Positions 1-11,235 of a stretch of DNA of 64,000 bases are shown piece by piece. Position 1 is the stretch's first letter; every line of letters starts with the position of its first letter. Source of the stretch: Octopus bimaculoides (lineage: Eukaryota); the NCBI RefSeq assembly GCF_001194135.2, contig NC_068985.1, positions 29,633,211-29,697,210 on the forward strand, given 5' to 3'. The notes beneath the pieces are model-generated. The model had not been told where the DNA came from. It did no database searches and saw only the letters and a program-made list of their open reading frames with translations. Both the position numbers and the translations under genes were made by a program.

Positions 1-123
1 TAATTTATCAATCCCGAAATGATGAAAGGCAATGTCGACCTCCACAGTATTTGAACTCAGAACTTAGTGACAGGCGAAATACTGCAAAGCATTTCGCCCG
101 GCGTGCTAACGATTCTGCCAGCT
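1..123 (-). mobile_element. SINE-A (tRNA-derived SINE), partial, cut by the window edge
   Basis: Reverse complement reads AGCTGGCAGAATCGTTAGCACGCCGGGCGAAATGC...TTCTGAGTTCAAATAC...GTCGACATTGCCTTTCATC: A-box/B-box-like head plus the central block shared by dozens of copies in the window. Confidence 0.85.
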
Positions 124-357
124 CTGACCAAGTTGATCTCTGATCAAAAGTGTTACAGCTCTGAGCATCCCGTCTTTTGATGGGGATGTCTATGAGACAT
201 GATGTAATATTATTTCATTAAAAATAAAATGGCACAGTGTGATTTGAGGAAGATTTGGTTGCCAATTCTTGAGCTATATATACTAATTTCTTCTTCTTCT
301 CAATCCTCCCCTTCCCCTCCTCCCTCTTCTTCGTCTTCATCATCGTGAACTGTCTCT

Positions 358-565
358 AAGCAGCAAGCTACAGCAGAAACGTTAGCACGCCAGGCAAAAT
401 GCTTAGCAGTATTTCATCCACCTTTATGTTCTGAGTACAATTCTTTGACTTTTATCCTTTAGGGATTGATAAAATAAGTACCAGTTGAGCCCTGGGATCG
501 ATGTAATTGATTTACCCTCTCCCTGAAATTACTGGCCCTGTACCAAAATTTGAAACCATTATTAT
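358..565 (+). mobile_element. SINE-A copy
   Basis: Head GCAGCAAGCTACAGCAGAAACGTTAGCACGCC, central GATTGATAAAATAAGTACCAG, tail GGCCCTGTACCAAAATTTGAAACC(ATT)n. Confidence 0.85.
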
Positions 566-584
566 TTTTGCCTTACATTTATAA

Positions 585-631
585 GTATTTATAAATGGAA
601 TATTTTGATGAGCATTCTTACTTCAAGTATG
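585..631 (+). other. Candidate small upstream (5'UTR) exon of the first zinc-finger gene
   Basis: Possible acceptor TTACATTTATAAG and donor ATG|GTAAGA (GT at 632). Splicing to the acceptor at 2310 gives no in-frame coding extension, so it could only be untranslated or a uORF. Splice motifs are the only evidence. Confidence 0.2.
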
Positions 632-1089
632 GTAAGAGACTAGACTAGGGAAACCCAATTGCTGTTTAAACATTGTTTCAGATATGAATGTTCTCCATTT
701 CAACTTCTTTCTTCTGTCTTCTCATATTAAGATTCAAAACCTCTAATTTCTAAGTGTTCATAGTTTTAAATTTTGCAGCATAATTATCATAATTTTAAGT
801 CATAAACTTTCATTAAAAGATACATTCCAAATACACTGCCTGTGTGTTTTAGTTGATTGTGAAAATAATCAAAAATTTTTGTGGAATTTAATAAAATAAT
901 GTTTCCAGTATTAAGATGAGGATGAGGATTCTTTTCTTTTTATACTTTTACTTGTTTCAGTCATTTGACTGCGGCCATACTGGAGCANNNNNNNNNNAGA
1001 AGACACTTGCCCAAGGTGCCATGCAGTGGGACTGAACCCATGACCATAATATGATGATAATGATAATAATTATGATAGTGATAATTATA

Positions 1090-1270
1090 ATAATCCTTTC
1101 TACTATAAGCACAAGGCCTGAAATTTTGATAGGAGACAGCTAGTTAATTACATCAGCTCCAGTACTCAACTGGTGTGTATTTTATCAAGCATGAAAGGAT
1201 GAAAGGAAAAGTCGACCTTGGTAGTATTGGAACTCAGAATTTAAAAGAGTTGGAAAAAAATACTGCTGAG
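1090..1270 (-). mobile_element. SINE-A copy (head degraded)
   Basis: CCTTTCTACTATAAGCACAAGGCC tail, AAAGGATGAAAGGAAAAGTCGACC central block and GAACTCAGAA B-box, all on the minus strand. Confidence 0.8.
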
Positions 1271-1477
1271 CTCAACAAGCTTATTTTATGCAGAGCTCAG
1301 GTAAACTGCAGCAATAATTTCTAATATCATCACAAGGCCATCAATTTGCAAGGAAGAACATTCATTTAAATTAAGTCATTTAAATTAATGCTAATATTTG
1401 ACATGCACTAATGATCTAACAAAGAAAACTCAGCATGATTGCTCACTCATATTATTATTATTATTATTACTATTCAG

Positions 1478-1700
1478 ATAGCAAACTGGCAGAGTTGTTT
1501 GCACATCTGAGAAAATACTTAGTGGCATATCATTTGGCACTTAACATTCAAAGTTTAAATTCCACTGATGCTTCACTTTGCCATTCATCCTTTTGAGGTT
1601 GATAAAATAAGTACCATTTGAGCACTGGGGTCAAAGTAATTGATAATTCCCCTTCCCCAAAATTGCTGGCCTTTTTACAAAATTTGTAAAAATTATCATT
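1478..1700 (+). mobile_element. SINE-A copy
   Basis: AGCAAACTGGCAGAGTTGTT head; CTTTGCCATTCATCCTTTTGAGGTTGATAAAATAAGTACC centre; (ATT)n tail. Confidence 0.85.
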
Positions 1701-1704
1701 ATTA

Positions 1705-1894
1705 TTAGGTCGGTGCATAATTATTGCGGCTTTTTTCAATAAATTTTATTCAATAAAATATTTAAACAAAACGCCAAGCAGAAATTGAAGTAGATGGTGA
1801 ATATGCTCCGGAATAATCATTTAAAGATGTTTTTGATAAATGTTGTTATTGTTTTTGTTGAATAAAATTTATTGAAAAAACGCCACAATAATTA
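1705..1894. mobile_element. Mariner-type MITE, right TIR truncated
   Basis: TA|TTAGGTCGGTGCATAATTATTGCGGCTTTTTT resembles the Hsmar1/MADE1 TIR (TTAGGTTGGTGCAAAAGTAATTGCGGTTTTTG). About 40 bp of inverted repeat pairs ~1717-1757 with ~1856-1894. Confidence 0.7.
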
Positions 1895-1899
1895 TAAGA

Positions 1900-2097
1900 A
1901 TTGTTAGCATATCAGACAAAATGCAAAATGCATTTTTTCTGGCTCATAACATTCTGACTTGGAATTCTGCAGAAGTCAACTTTGCCTTTCATCCTTTCGA
2001 GGTCAAGAAATCAAAGTACCTTTCAAGTATAAGGTATCAATGTAATTCACTTACTTCTTCCTTAAAACTGCTGGCTTTGTAACAAAATTTGAGATCA
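1900..2097 (+). mobile_element. SINE-A copy (degenerate)
   Basis: GAAGTCAACTTTGCCTTTCATCCTTTCGAGGTC central block; tail AAAATTTGAGATC followed by (CAT)n/(CAC)n. Confidence 0.75.
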
Positions 2098-2423
2098 TCA
2101 TCATCATCATCATCACCACCACCACCACCATCATCATCATCATCGTCATCATTAAGGCAGTGAGCTGACAGAAAATTTAGATGTCTGCTAATTACCTTGG
2201 TTTCTAATTACAATATTGATGATGATGATGATGACGACGATGATGATGATGATGCCAATGTTGACAAATTTTATTCATTACCTCCTTATGTTTTCTTTTA
2301 TTTATTTCAGATTATTAAAACAAAAGTGTTGTGCACTTGAAGAAAAAAGATTCTGTAACAGATTTTTCTGTACATTACCTACCTTCCCCTGCCCTTCAGA
2401 AAATTTTAATCCAAAATAGCATT

Positions 2424-3719
2424 ATGGATTCAGTCAGTCAAAATATTGCTGATTCCTCACTAAGACCAAAGGATTTCAGCAGAAGCTTTAACCAAGATAT
2501 GATCACTAGTCAGAACAGAAATGATCCTTGCAAATTCTATGGTATATCATATACTGAAACTGCTTGTGCTGTGTCTGCATATATTCCACCAGCATCACAT
2601 CCTTTGATACCCTCACAGTCATTGGATAATAATGGAAGTTTAATGATATCAGTTACTTCACAGTCAGTACATACTGGAGTGCTGCCTGCATTACCAGATG
2701 CACCCTTACAACCTTCATCTAATTCAAAGACAATAAATTCTAAAAAATTAGATCAGCCCAGGCCATACAACTGCCATTTTTGTTCAAAGAAATTTTCACA
2801 GTCAGGTCACTTAACAAAACATCTCCGAGTTCATACTGGTGAGAAACCTTATGAGTGCACTTTCTGCAAAAAGCGGTTTTCTCAGTCAAATAATCTTACT
2901 GCACATATGCGTACACATACTGCTGAGAAACCTTATGAATGCCCTTGTTGTGGACTTGCCTTTTCTCGATCTGACAACCTTGCAACCCATGTCAGGACAC
3001 ATACTGGTGAAAAATGTTTCCCTTGTACGATGTGTCCTAAATCTTTTTCTCACTCTGGTAACCTCACCGAACACATCAAAACACACACAGGAGAAAAACC
3101 ATTTGAATGTGAATACTGCAACAAGAAATTTTCACAGTCAGGCCATCTTACCAAACACCTCAGGATTCACAAGGGAGAAAAACCCTATATATGTAACTTC
3201 TGCTCAAAAGCATTTTCCCAGTCAAATAACCTAACTGTACACTTGAGAATCCATACTGCAGAACGACCATTTTTATGCAACTTTTGTTCAAGTACATTCC
3301 CTCGTTCTGACTCTTTAAAGAGACATTTACGTGTGCATTCTGGAGAACGTATTTATGAATGTAATCATTGTGAGAAAACATTCTCTCATGCAGGGAATTT
3401 GAGTGAACACTTGAAGACACACACAGGTGAAAAGCCTTATGCATGTACACTTTGTGAAAAGAAATTTGTGCAGTCAGGACACTTAACAAAACATCTAAGA
3501 ACACACACGGGAGAAAAACCATTTTCATGTTCAGTTTGTAAGAAATCTTTTATACAATCAGGACACCTGTCAAAACACATGAAAATTCATCAAAAAGACA
3601 GTTTATATCTTGGTACATGTAGTAAGGATTCAAGTTCCACAGATCCCCCAGAAGCTCTAACAAAGCCTCCAACGTCAGAGAGTGTGTGTGCAGAAACACA
3701 GCCCACAATATCGTTATAA
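2424..3719 (+). CDS. C2H2 zinc-finger protein, 431 aa, 10 tandem fingers (single coding exon)
   Basis: Intact ORF with ten C-x2-C-x12-H-x3-H fingers (2766-3590) joined by TGEKP-type linkers. Strong acceptor TTTTCTTTTATTTATTTCAG| at 2310. An in-frame TAA at 2316 means the CDS starts at ATG 2424 (MDSVSQ), not at the GTG 2331 of the ORF track. No KRAB/BTB/SCAN domain recognised in the ~114-aa N-terminus. Confidence 0.93.
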   Translation: MDSVSQNIADSSLRPKDFSRSFNQDMITSQNRNDPCKFYGISYTETACAVSAYIPPASHPLIPSQSLDNNGSLMISVTSQSVHTGVLPALPDAPLQPSSNSKTINSKKLDQPRPYNCHFCSKKFSQSGHLTKHLRVHTGEKPYECTFCKKRFSQSNNLTAHMRTHTAEKPYECPCCGLAFSRSDNLATHVRTHTGEKCFPCTMCPKSFSHSGNLTEHIKTHTGEKPFECEYCNKKFSQSGHLTKHLRIHKGEKPYICNFCSKAFSQSNNLTVHLRIHTAERPFLCNFCSSTFPRSDSLKRHLRVHSGERIYECNHCEKTFSHAGNLSEHLKTHTGEKPYACTLCEKKFVQSGHLTKHLRTHTGEKPFSCSVCKKSFIQSGHLSKHMKIHQKDSLYLGTCSKDSSSTDPPEALTKPPTSESVCAETQPTISL

Positions 3720-5299
3720 AAAAAATGCTGGCAAACTGAAAGAGATTCTATTTAATGTATTCAATATTTATGGCAGTTAGTTGCGTAAGAAAGTCTGTTT
3801 AATTGCCTTTTATGCAATTACAACATTAAAAAAGCTAACCAGTTGAAAAATTATCTGGGTAATGCTTGGTGTATGCATTACAAGAAATCCTACTCTCTTA
3901 GTTTTTTGTTACTTTTGTTTACTTGTGTTGTATTTTGTTAGATAAACCTCACTTTTTTCTGCTTAAGAAGTATATTTGACCCTATAGATAAAGTTGTATA
4001 TTAGGAGTTAATGAATTATTTAAACTGATCATCATACAAAAGACACCCTGTTTATTTTTTTTGAAGCCTTAGAAAATATCAAAATATTTTGTTATTGTCC
4101 AATGAAAAAAAAAAAGGTAAATATAAATTAAATCAACTAGCTCAGTCATACTGTATGTGTGTGCATATTTACTAAGAGTGCCCATACAAATTTACAGGAA
4201 ATGTGAAAATAAATTTAAAAACGGTACTGTATGACACACATAAAACCCATATCCTCTATTTATTGTCCTGATAGATTAACCAGTTATGCTGCCAGTATTC
4301 CACTGTTTCTCAGTACAACTAAATCTCAAACAAGTTATGCCATATGGTTAAATTACTTCCATTATTTTAGTGCATCTGTATTTGTTTCTTAGCATATATC
4401 ACTTCTCATAAACTAATGTAAATCGACAAGTTGTTCATTAGCTAATCTTTATATCTATTTCCTAGTTACATTATTCCAAAATGGAGACCATTTAGCCAAT
4501 GTATATGACTCTCAAAACAAATACTTGATATATTCTATCTTTAAAAATTAAATGGTTTATAGCTAATTTTCCATTCTTGTATGAACCAAATATTTTAGTT
4601 GTTGGAGTAACTATTTTTATAGCTAGATGAAGCTTTTCCCACTGTTGCCAACTTCAAATTTGAAGTAGGGAGTTTAGTCAATTAATGGCTGTAGTAAGAT
4701 CCGAAATTTCAACTGTTTTTTATTTCTTTCAGTTTGATTGGTCTGGAGGAAAAGGTTGTGCCAGCGTCAATTTTAACATTTCTCTTAAGCAGTTGCAAGT
4801 TGATAGTTGTCAGCAGTCCCAAACCTTAACTGCACAGCAATTACATTGTCTTGATAAATGGTCCATAAATTATATAATGAGTTAAATCAAATGAAGATTG
4901 TTCACTGAATTTATTCACATCAAATTATTTCTATTTTGTTTGTAACTTTCATGTCTCTGTTCTTGTTTATATTTAATATTTACTAATGTATTTGTTGAAA
5001 AAAGCTTAACTAACCCTTTAATTTATGGATTGGAAATAATCTTATATAATGTGTGTGTGTGTGTGTGTTTAAAATGTACAGTGGGTGAAAATTGAAGGTG
5101 GACAATTACTGATTAAATGGTCATAAGTTCAGACCTTATTGCCATAACTTTTTTTTTTTTTTGTGATTTTGGCTATAAAACATAATGCTACTGCTTTGCT
5201 AATGAACAGGTACCATTCCTATTACACCTTTATTTGAGACCTACTTTATGTTAACCACTCGGGGCAACAACACTACTTTCACTGAATTTCTCAAGAGCA

Positions 5300-6620
5300 A
5301 GATCTTTTAAGAAATTTACTGAAAGTAGTGATTCCAGTAAAGCTTTGTTCCTTATCTGGAAAATTTCCTACTGTCTGTGGGCTCCATTTATCTCTCATCT
5401 CTTGAATTGGTAACAACTTCTTGTCACATCATACCCACATAATGTGTGCTGATGGAGCTCTCACAGACACAAATTCTATCAACACTGCAACTTTTCTATT
5501 TACTCATTAATGACCTGCTTTGTTATCACCTCTAACAAGGTCTTTTCCTTTGTTACCACCCTTCAGTTCTCGCTAACCTTCCACCCTTCAGTTCTCTGTA
5601 ACCTTCTACACTCAAGCATCATTCACATGTAACTTAAACTCCTCATACCAAATCTGCCCCAACACTATGAACAGAGATTTCAAAAACATCTTCTATTGAA
5701 GCCATGCCAATTTCATCTCCTTCATCAGCACAAAAACACAATACGTACACTTATCAAGAAAACATTAGTACAACCACAACCATCACACAAGGACCATCAA
5801 AATGCCTACAAATGCTTGATGGAAGATCTCTTCCGCCAAACACACCTTTAACAACAAGGACTGTATCATAAAGAATGGCCTTTCACTTCAGAGCCAGTAA
5901 AATATTTATTTCTTCATTGCACACTGGGGGCTAAACGTAGAGGGGACAAACAAAGACAGACAAAGGGATTAAGTTGATTACATCAACCCCAGAACACAAC
6001 TGGTACTTATTTAATTGACTCCAAAAGGATGAAAGGCAAAGTCAACCTTGGCAGAATTTGAACTCAGAACATAACAGCAGATGAAATACCGCTTAGCATT
6101 TCGCCTGGTGTGCTAATGATTCTGCCAGCTCGCCGCCTTTGAGCCAGTAAAATATTTCAACCTCCAACAACTACTGATTCTTGCAAAAAGTTCAAGTGTG
6201 ACTCAAAATAATGTACTACACCCATATCTAGGATGATGCTACTACTACATATACAAACATCCTAGACTGCATATAAAAATGGTTACTTGATAATTAACAT
6301 GAAATCACTTACTAACACACTCCAGTTTCTAGCACAAATGCCTGCTGTTTCCTCTGTGTGCTTACCTGCCACAACTACAATAGCATCTGTTCCTTGAAAC
6401 TGACTACTATTGTGCCAACTACCCCTGATTCACATACACCTCATCTGCTCATCACCCATATTGCATTCTCCCTTTCTCATTTACCAGTGCACCCACTTCA
6501 ACCTCCTTAGAACCTCAGTCCACTGGAATTCTTTCCGTAAACATGTATTTTCTTGCAGCAATCAGTTTGCAACATTAACTACATTGATGTCATTGACCTT
6601 GGAATGCAGACCACAGACAT
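5300..6620 (+). mobile_element. Degraded CR1/Jockey-group LINE remnant (RT and C-terminus), interrupted by a SINE
   Basis: Hand translation gives RT-like pieces (ADGALTDTNSIN...LLINDLLC, just before the expected FADD) and a typical C-terminal LRTSVHWNSFRKHVF. Many stops and frameshifts. Confidence 0.55.
5908..6140 (-). mobile_element. Full-length SINE-A with a 17-bp TSD
   Basis: Head AAAGGCGGCGAGCTGGCAGAATC. Flanked by an exact direct repeat GAGCCAGTAAAATATTT at 5891-5907 and 6141-6157. Confidence 0.92.
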
Positions 6621-8334
6621 GGTCACCACCAATAAGAAAAAAGTTAAATGATTAGTTACTTGTAAAGTATCCTGCATTAAAAAACAAATTCACAAAAACC
6701 ATCCTACAGTAAAAATAAATGATGATTACTACAAAATATTTGTTCTATGGTTTGTATTCATGACCATTTGATCAGGATTCCAAGAACTTAATTCCAGTCA
6801 TTGTACCTGCACATCCAAAATATATGGTTTATTATTTGCTAGTTTCTTTAAATGGAAGGTTTGAACATAAATTGCTTGCCTTGCTGTGAATATTGTTGTT
6901 GTTGTTGAGTGGCTCTAGTTGAGTTTCTAATTTTGGTACAGCATTCCAATTTGTGGTAGTGGACCAAGCATGATACTTGGTTTAACACCAGCAAATATTC
7001 TATGAAAGTCTTCAGAAAAGTTTATTCTGGTATTATCTCTCCCTCACTGCACCCTTTTTCCTGTTGCTGTTCAGGATGAACATCGGTCGATTTTACTTTT
7101 TATTTATATTAACTGTTGAAATCTGGAAATGTGTTTGTTATACACAACTCTGATTGTGCACACCTAGGATAAAAGGTATTTTAGATATGACTGTCTTGTT
7201 TTGTTTTTTTTTGTTTTTTTTTCAAAAGATGTAATAGGACTGTATTTTCTAAGATGGTCTTTCTGTTTTCAAACGGTCAGTTGTATTTTGTGGAAAATTC
7301 GCCTGCCATTTGTAACAGCTCTACGACCATGTAGATCAGGCATGGGTAGCATTTTTCGCGAACTGGACTCACGTGGGAGATGGCTCATCATCATACGGAC
7401 CATACTACTAAAGAATTTTAAAGTAATTTTACGTTAGACATGCCGTTCAGAAAGTCCCACTGGCCGCTTGTTGCCCATAACCAATGTAAATGTCAAATCA
7501 TCTTGAGTCGGTTAGAATTTCAGGGGAGATAACTTTTCAAATGCATCGTAACTAATTTGNNNNNNNNNNATTTTCAGCCTATTGACTAGACTGAAGCGAA
7601 GATGAAAAAAAAAAAAATAATAATTGTTAATATAACGAAATTATTATATGAGTAAGGTATAAAGAAATAATCAAACTTAATTTTTTTTTATAGAGTTAAA
7701 TACGCAGTGAACAGGAATAGAATGACAAAAGAAAGTGATATTATAAATCATAGTTAAAGTTATTAATATTTTAAGTCGCTTGATAAGTTATAACGTGACT
7801 TGTGTAAAATAATACTATACATATAATGGCATCACAAGTTTGATGGGAGTTGGGGTGGAAATCACCTTTATACAACAACTTACATAAAACAATAATAAAA
7901 TAAATTATTCAATGATACATTAAATCACACATCAAGGAAATTTTCAGGTATTTTTCCTTTTTTTTTTATTATTAGATTTGCAAATATGTTTTAATGCAAG
8001 ATTTGGTGAAACAAATTCCTATATTTGTTGTGTTACTAAAGTTATTTCCCCTGAAATATCTTTGGTCCAGAAATATCAAATTGAACTCAAGCTTTTCCCC
8101 CACTTTTCTTCTAAATTACATATGCATTTGGAGAAAATGGGTAGTATGCATGACAATGTACCATGTTGCACGTATGAGCAAACCATCTTAACTTCGAATG
8201 ATCACGTTCGCCTTATTTTAAGTGTAGCTCACGCATTATTCACTGCAGGAATTTCCTATTGTAGTTCTCTGCAGTGGTTTATCGCCATTGTTTACTGTTG
8301 TAGTTCACTGCTATGGTTCACCAATGTAGTATAA

Positions 8335-8379
8335 TTGCAGTAAAATCGATGAGTGTAACACTCATCGATTTTATTGCAA
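8335..8379. repeat. 21-bp-stem hairpin
   Basis: TTGCAGTAAAATCGATGAGTG-TAA-CACTCATCGATTTTATTGCAA, one mismatch. Confidence 0.9.
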
Positions 8380-9099
8380 GCGAAATTGAACTATAACAGT
8401 GAACTTGAAAAAAAAAAAGGAGGGGAAACGAGCAAACAAGCACTGTCCTTCTTCTCAAGAAAGGAAGTTAGGGATATAGGGATATAGTCATCAACTTGTC
8501 CCATCCCCATAAAACACAAACTCTGTACAAACCAGTGAACCAAAGTCTTGTATTTTCTCAGCCTTGTCTCCTTTAATGTGTTTCAAGGTAAGTGGAAAGT
8601 CAGGGTTCTGTTGAAATGAATATCATTGAATATGAATATTTGTTTAACCACTCATTATCACCAGTATCTGTCATTGGGATTTAAAAAAAGATGTTATTGT
8701 TTAGTTGTTTGTGGATAGACAGTACTCTGTTGAGTTTTGCTAAGCCTCCCACAAGAATATTAAGGGCAGGTGTCCCAGTTTTTATGTTTTTTTTTTTATT
8801 TTTGTTTGCCAGATCATGTAGAGTCAATAATTCAGTGACTCTGACTGCTGGAAATGGCAGATACATCTCCTTCGAATCAAACCCTACTGTTTTGAAAATT
8901 AAAGAAGACATTAGTTAATATAATCTAGAAACAGTTATTGCTCTATGATACCTAGCAACAAATAAAGAATATAATAGATGCTGATATTGTGAGGAATGTA
9001 ACATAAATCCATTTTCTTCTTGTTACCCTTAGTTTTCATTTTATCCATAATATCATCATTAACACAGAACTGTAACTCCCTGAAACTTCCTGTTTACCA

Positions 9100-9335
9100 T
9101 TTGTTGTTGCTTAATCCAAAGTCAGTCATGATAGAGCAGACCTATGATCAATGACATTCAGACTGTAATTATCTTATCTTTTTTTTTTTTTTTTAATATA
9201 TAATATATCCAAAGCTGCATTATACTGGATACATATGTCCTCTTCCCTTTTTAAATTGCTGAGATTGTTGAGTATGATTTACTAAAGATTTGGCTATTAT
9301 TATAAAACAGATCAAGCAACAGTGTAGAGCTCCTC
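9100..9335 (-). mobile_element. Dispersed repeat family D (SINE-like, (AAC)n-tailed)
   Basis: Shared blocks GAGCAGACCTATGATCAAAGRCATTCCAG and TGTGATTTGAGGAAGATTTGG recur at ~150-295, 10230-10380, 22865-22950, 24985-25155, 26640-26820, 51885-51960, 52780-52850 and 54470-54660. Confidence 0.65.
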
Positions 9336-11235
9336 ATGACTCAAGTTTGTTCAGAAAATGTGAGGACTGTGAATACTGTGTGAATAAATTATCAGATAAC
9401 CACTTGAGCGATAAGTAGTTCATATCTTCGTACTGCACTGTATCTGTTACCTTGACACTTGAATTTTAAATAACTCAATCCTTCTAACTATAGCGAGGTA
9501 CTACAGGGATACAACTCCAGGCAGCAGCAACACTGTTGATTCATTAGTTGATCAGCCAAGGAGTTGACATGTTATATACTGAAAATGGTGCTATATTGTA
9601 TCTTTGACTAAAACATTTCTTAACTCACTTAGTCCACCTAAGATAGATACTTAAGGTAGAAAACAACTCACTTTTGTAAGCAACAGCAACACTATAAATT
9701 TAACAAATGTTTCATTAGATTATAGTACCATTGTATTCCAAACACTGGTTCATATAACCACCAATGAATATATAAAAATTAACCATTAGTTATTTTACTA
9801 AACTCCTCTAATACTTTTGGATTGTGAAAAATTAATTAAAGCATATAGGTAGTCTATTTTGGAAGAAATATGATCGTGAATAAGTTAAAATGATATTGTA
9901 GTCACATTTCAACGAAATCCTATGACAATAGGCTTCTCTGTAAATATTAGCTGACCAAAATCAGAAATGCACATGATTTGTTAATCAGTTAACTCTAGGA
10001 CTCAGGGTCTGGGTGTTAACTGGTAGATAAGAGTCAGTACAACAACAGAACCATTTACTATCGTGAGAAAGCTAAGCTTCTATATAATCACTTTTACTTG
10101 TTCTATTTAACAATCAACAAATCAACACATATGTCACTTCATCTTCTTCATACAGGATTTGTAATCACTTTGAACTGTGCTATAATTGCCTTCTATGCAT
10201 TTGTTCATTTAATCTGTTAGAAATATTGACCAAATCCCCTTTGAGCCACATCCAACTATCTTTCATAAAGATGTATACAATAGACAATATAATTTTTGAT
10301 ATATGAAAAAGAGATGAAATAGTCATTGCCTGAAGGTCTTTGATCATAGTTATGCTTCAGTGAATGAATTGAGCAGTGGCTAAATTATTTCTGTTTTAAC
10401 AAATGAACTACAGCTGTCAGACTAAGAAGACGTACCTGTAATGAAACTACTATGAAGTTACTTGAGATGCTCAATGTATCAATCAAGTTTCCACCAATAA
10501 ACTCTGTGTGAACACGTGTTTAGCATATTAAATGTTACAAAAATCATAACCTAGAGCAACAATGAAAATGAATCTACATTTTTGATGTTAAGGATTATTT
10601 TACAGTTTGTGTTCTTGTTTATCTGTTTATAGGTGTATAGGTGTGTATGTGTGTGTGTGTATACACATGTATATAAGTATGTGTGTGTATGTATATGTAT
10701 ATATACGTATATATATGTATGTGTATACATATATATNNNNNNNNNNATATATAAATATATATATATATATAAATTAACAAATTAAGGAAAGTAATTCCTT
10801 CAAGGCAATTCATAGTATGTTATATTATAATATAAATAAATGATTAGATTGTCAATTGTATCTCTCTATTTAATTTTATCTTTATATATATATATGTATG
10901 TATGTATATATGTGTGTGTGCATGTATAAAGTTCTTATATTCTTATAAAAATAGGTGTATGTATTTATTTGTTTACTTCATGTCACACTCATTGGTACTT
11001 GACTCTGTGTATTATATCCAATTGTCTTTCACTAAATATTCACTATAAATTTCACATTTTGTGTTGCACATTTTCAGTTTTGTCATCCCACCACCATTAC
11101 AAAACAGATTTTTAAAAAATAACATTACTACTAAAAGATTTAAAATAATAAATAAAAAAAAGAAATAAAATTAAATAAACAAAGTCAATTGTCTTTGTTT
11201 TTTGTTTTTGTTTTTAGCTTTTTTGTCTTTGTAAT

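Noticed and set aside
2331-2423. N-terminal 31-aa extension of ZNF1 in the ORF track
   Set aside because: It starts at GTG, just downstream of an in-frame stop within the same exon; the first ATG is at 2424.
4685-4885. ORF after a good-looking acceptor (FDWSGGKGCAS...)
   Set aside because: No recognisable domain or convincing donor; probably within the ZNF1 3'UTR or flank.
8681-8911. Faint resemblance of the minus-strand peptide end (LNILVGGLAKLNRVLSIH) to chaperonin-like BBS protein C-termini, tempting given the X-box
   Set aside because: Only a loose hydrophobic pattern, with an unalignable Lys/Asn insertion and no upstream large exon in the window.
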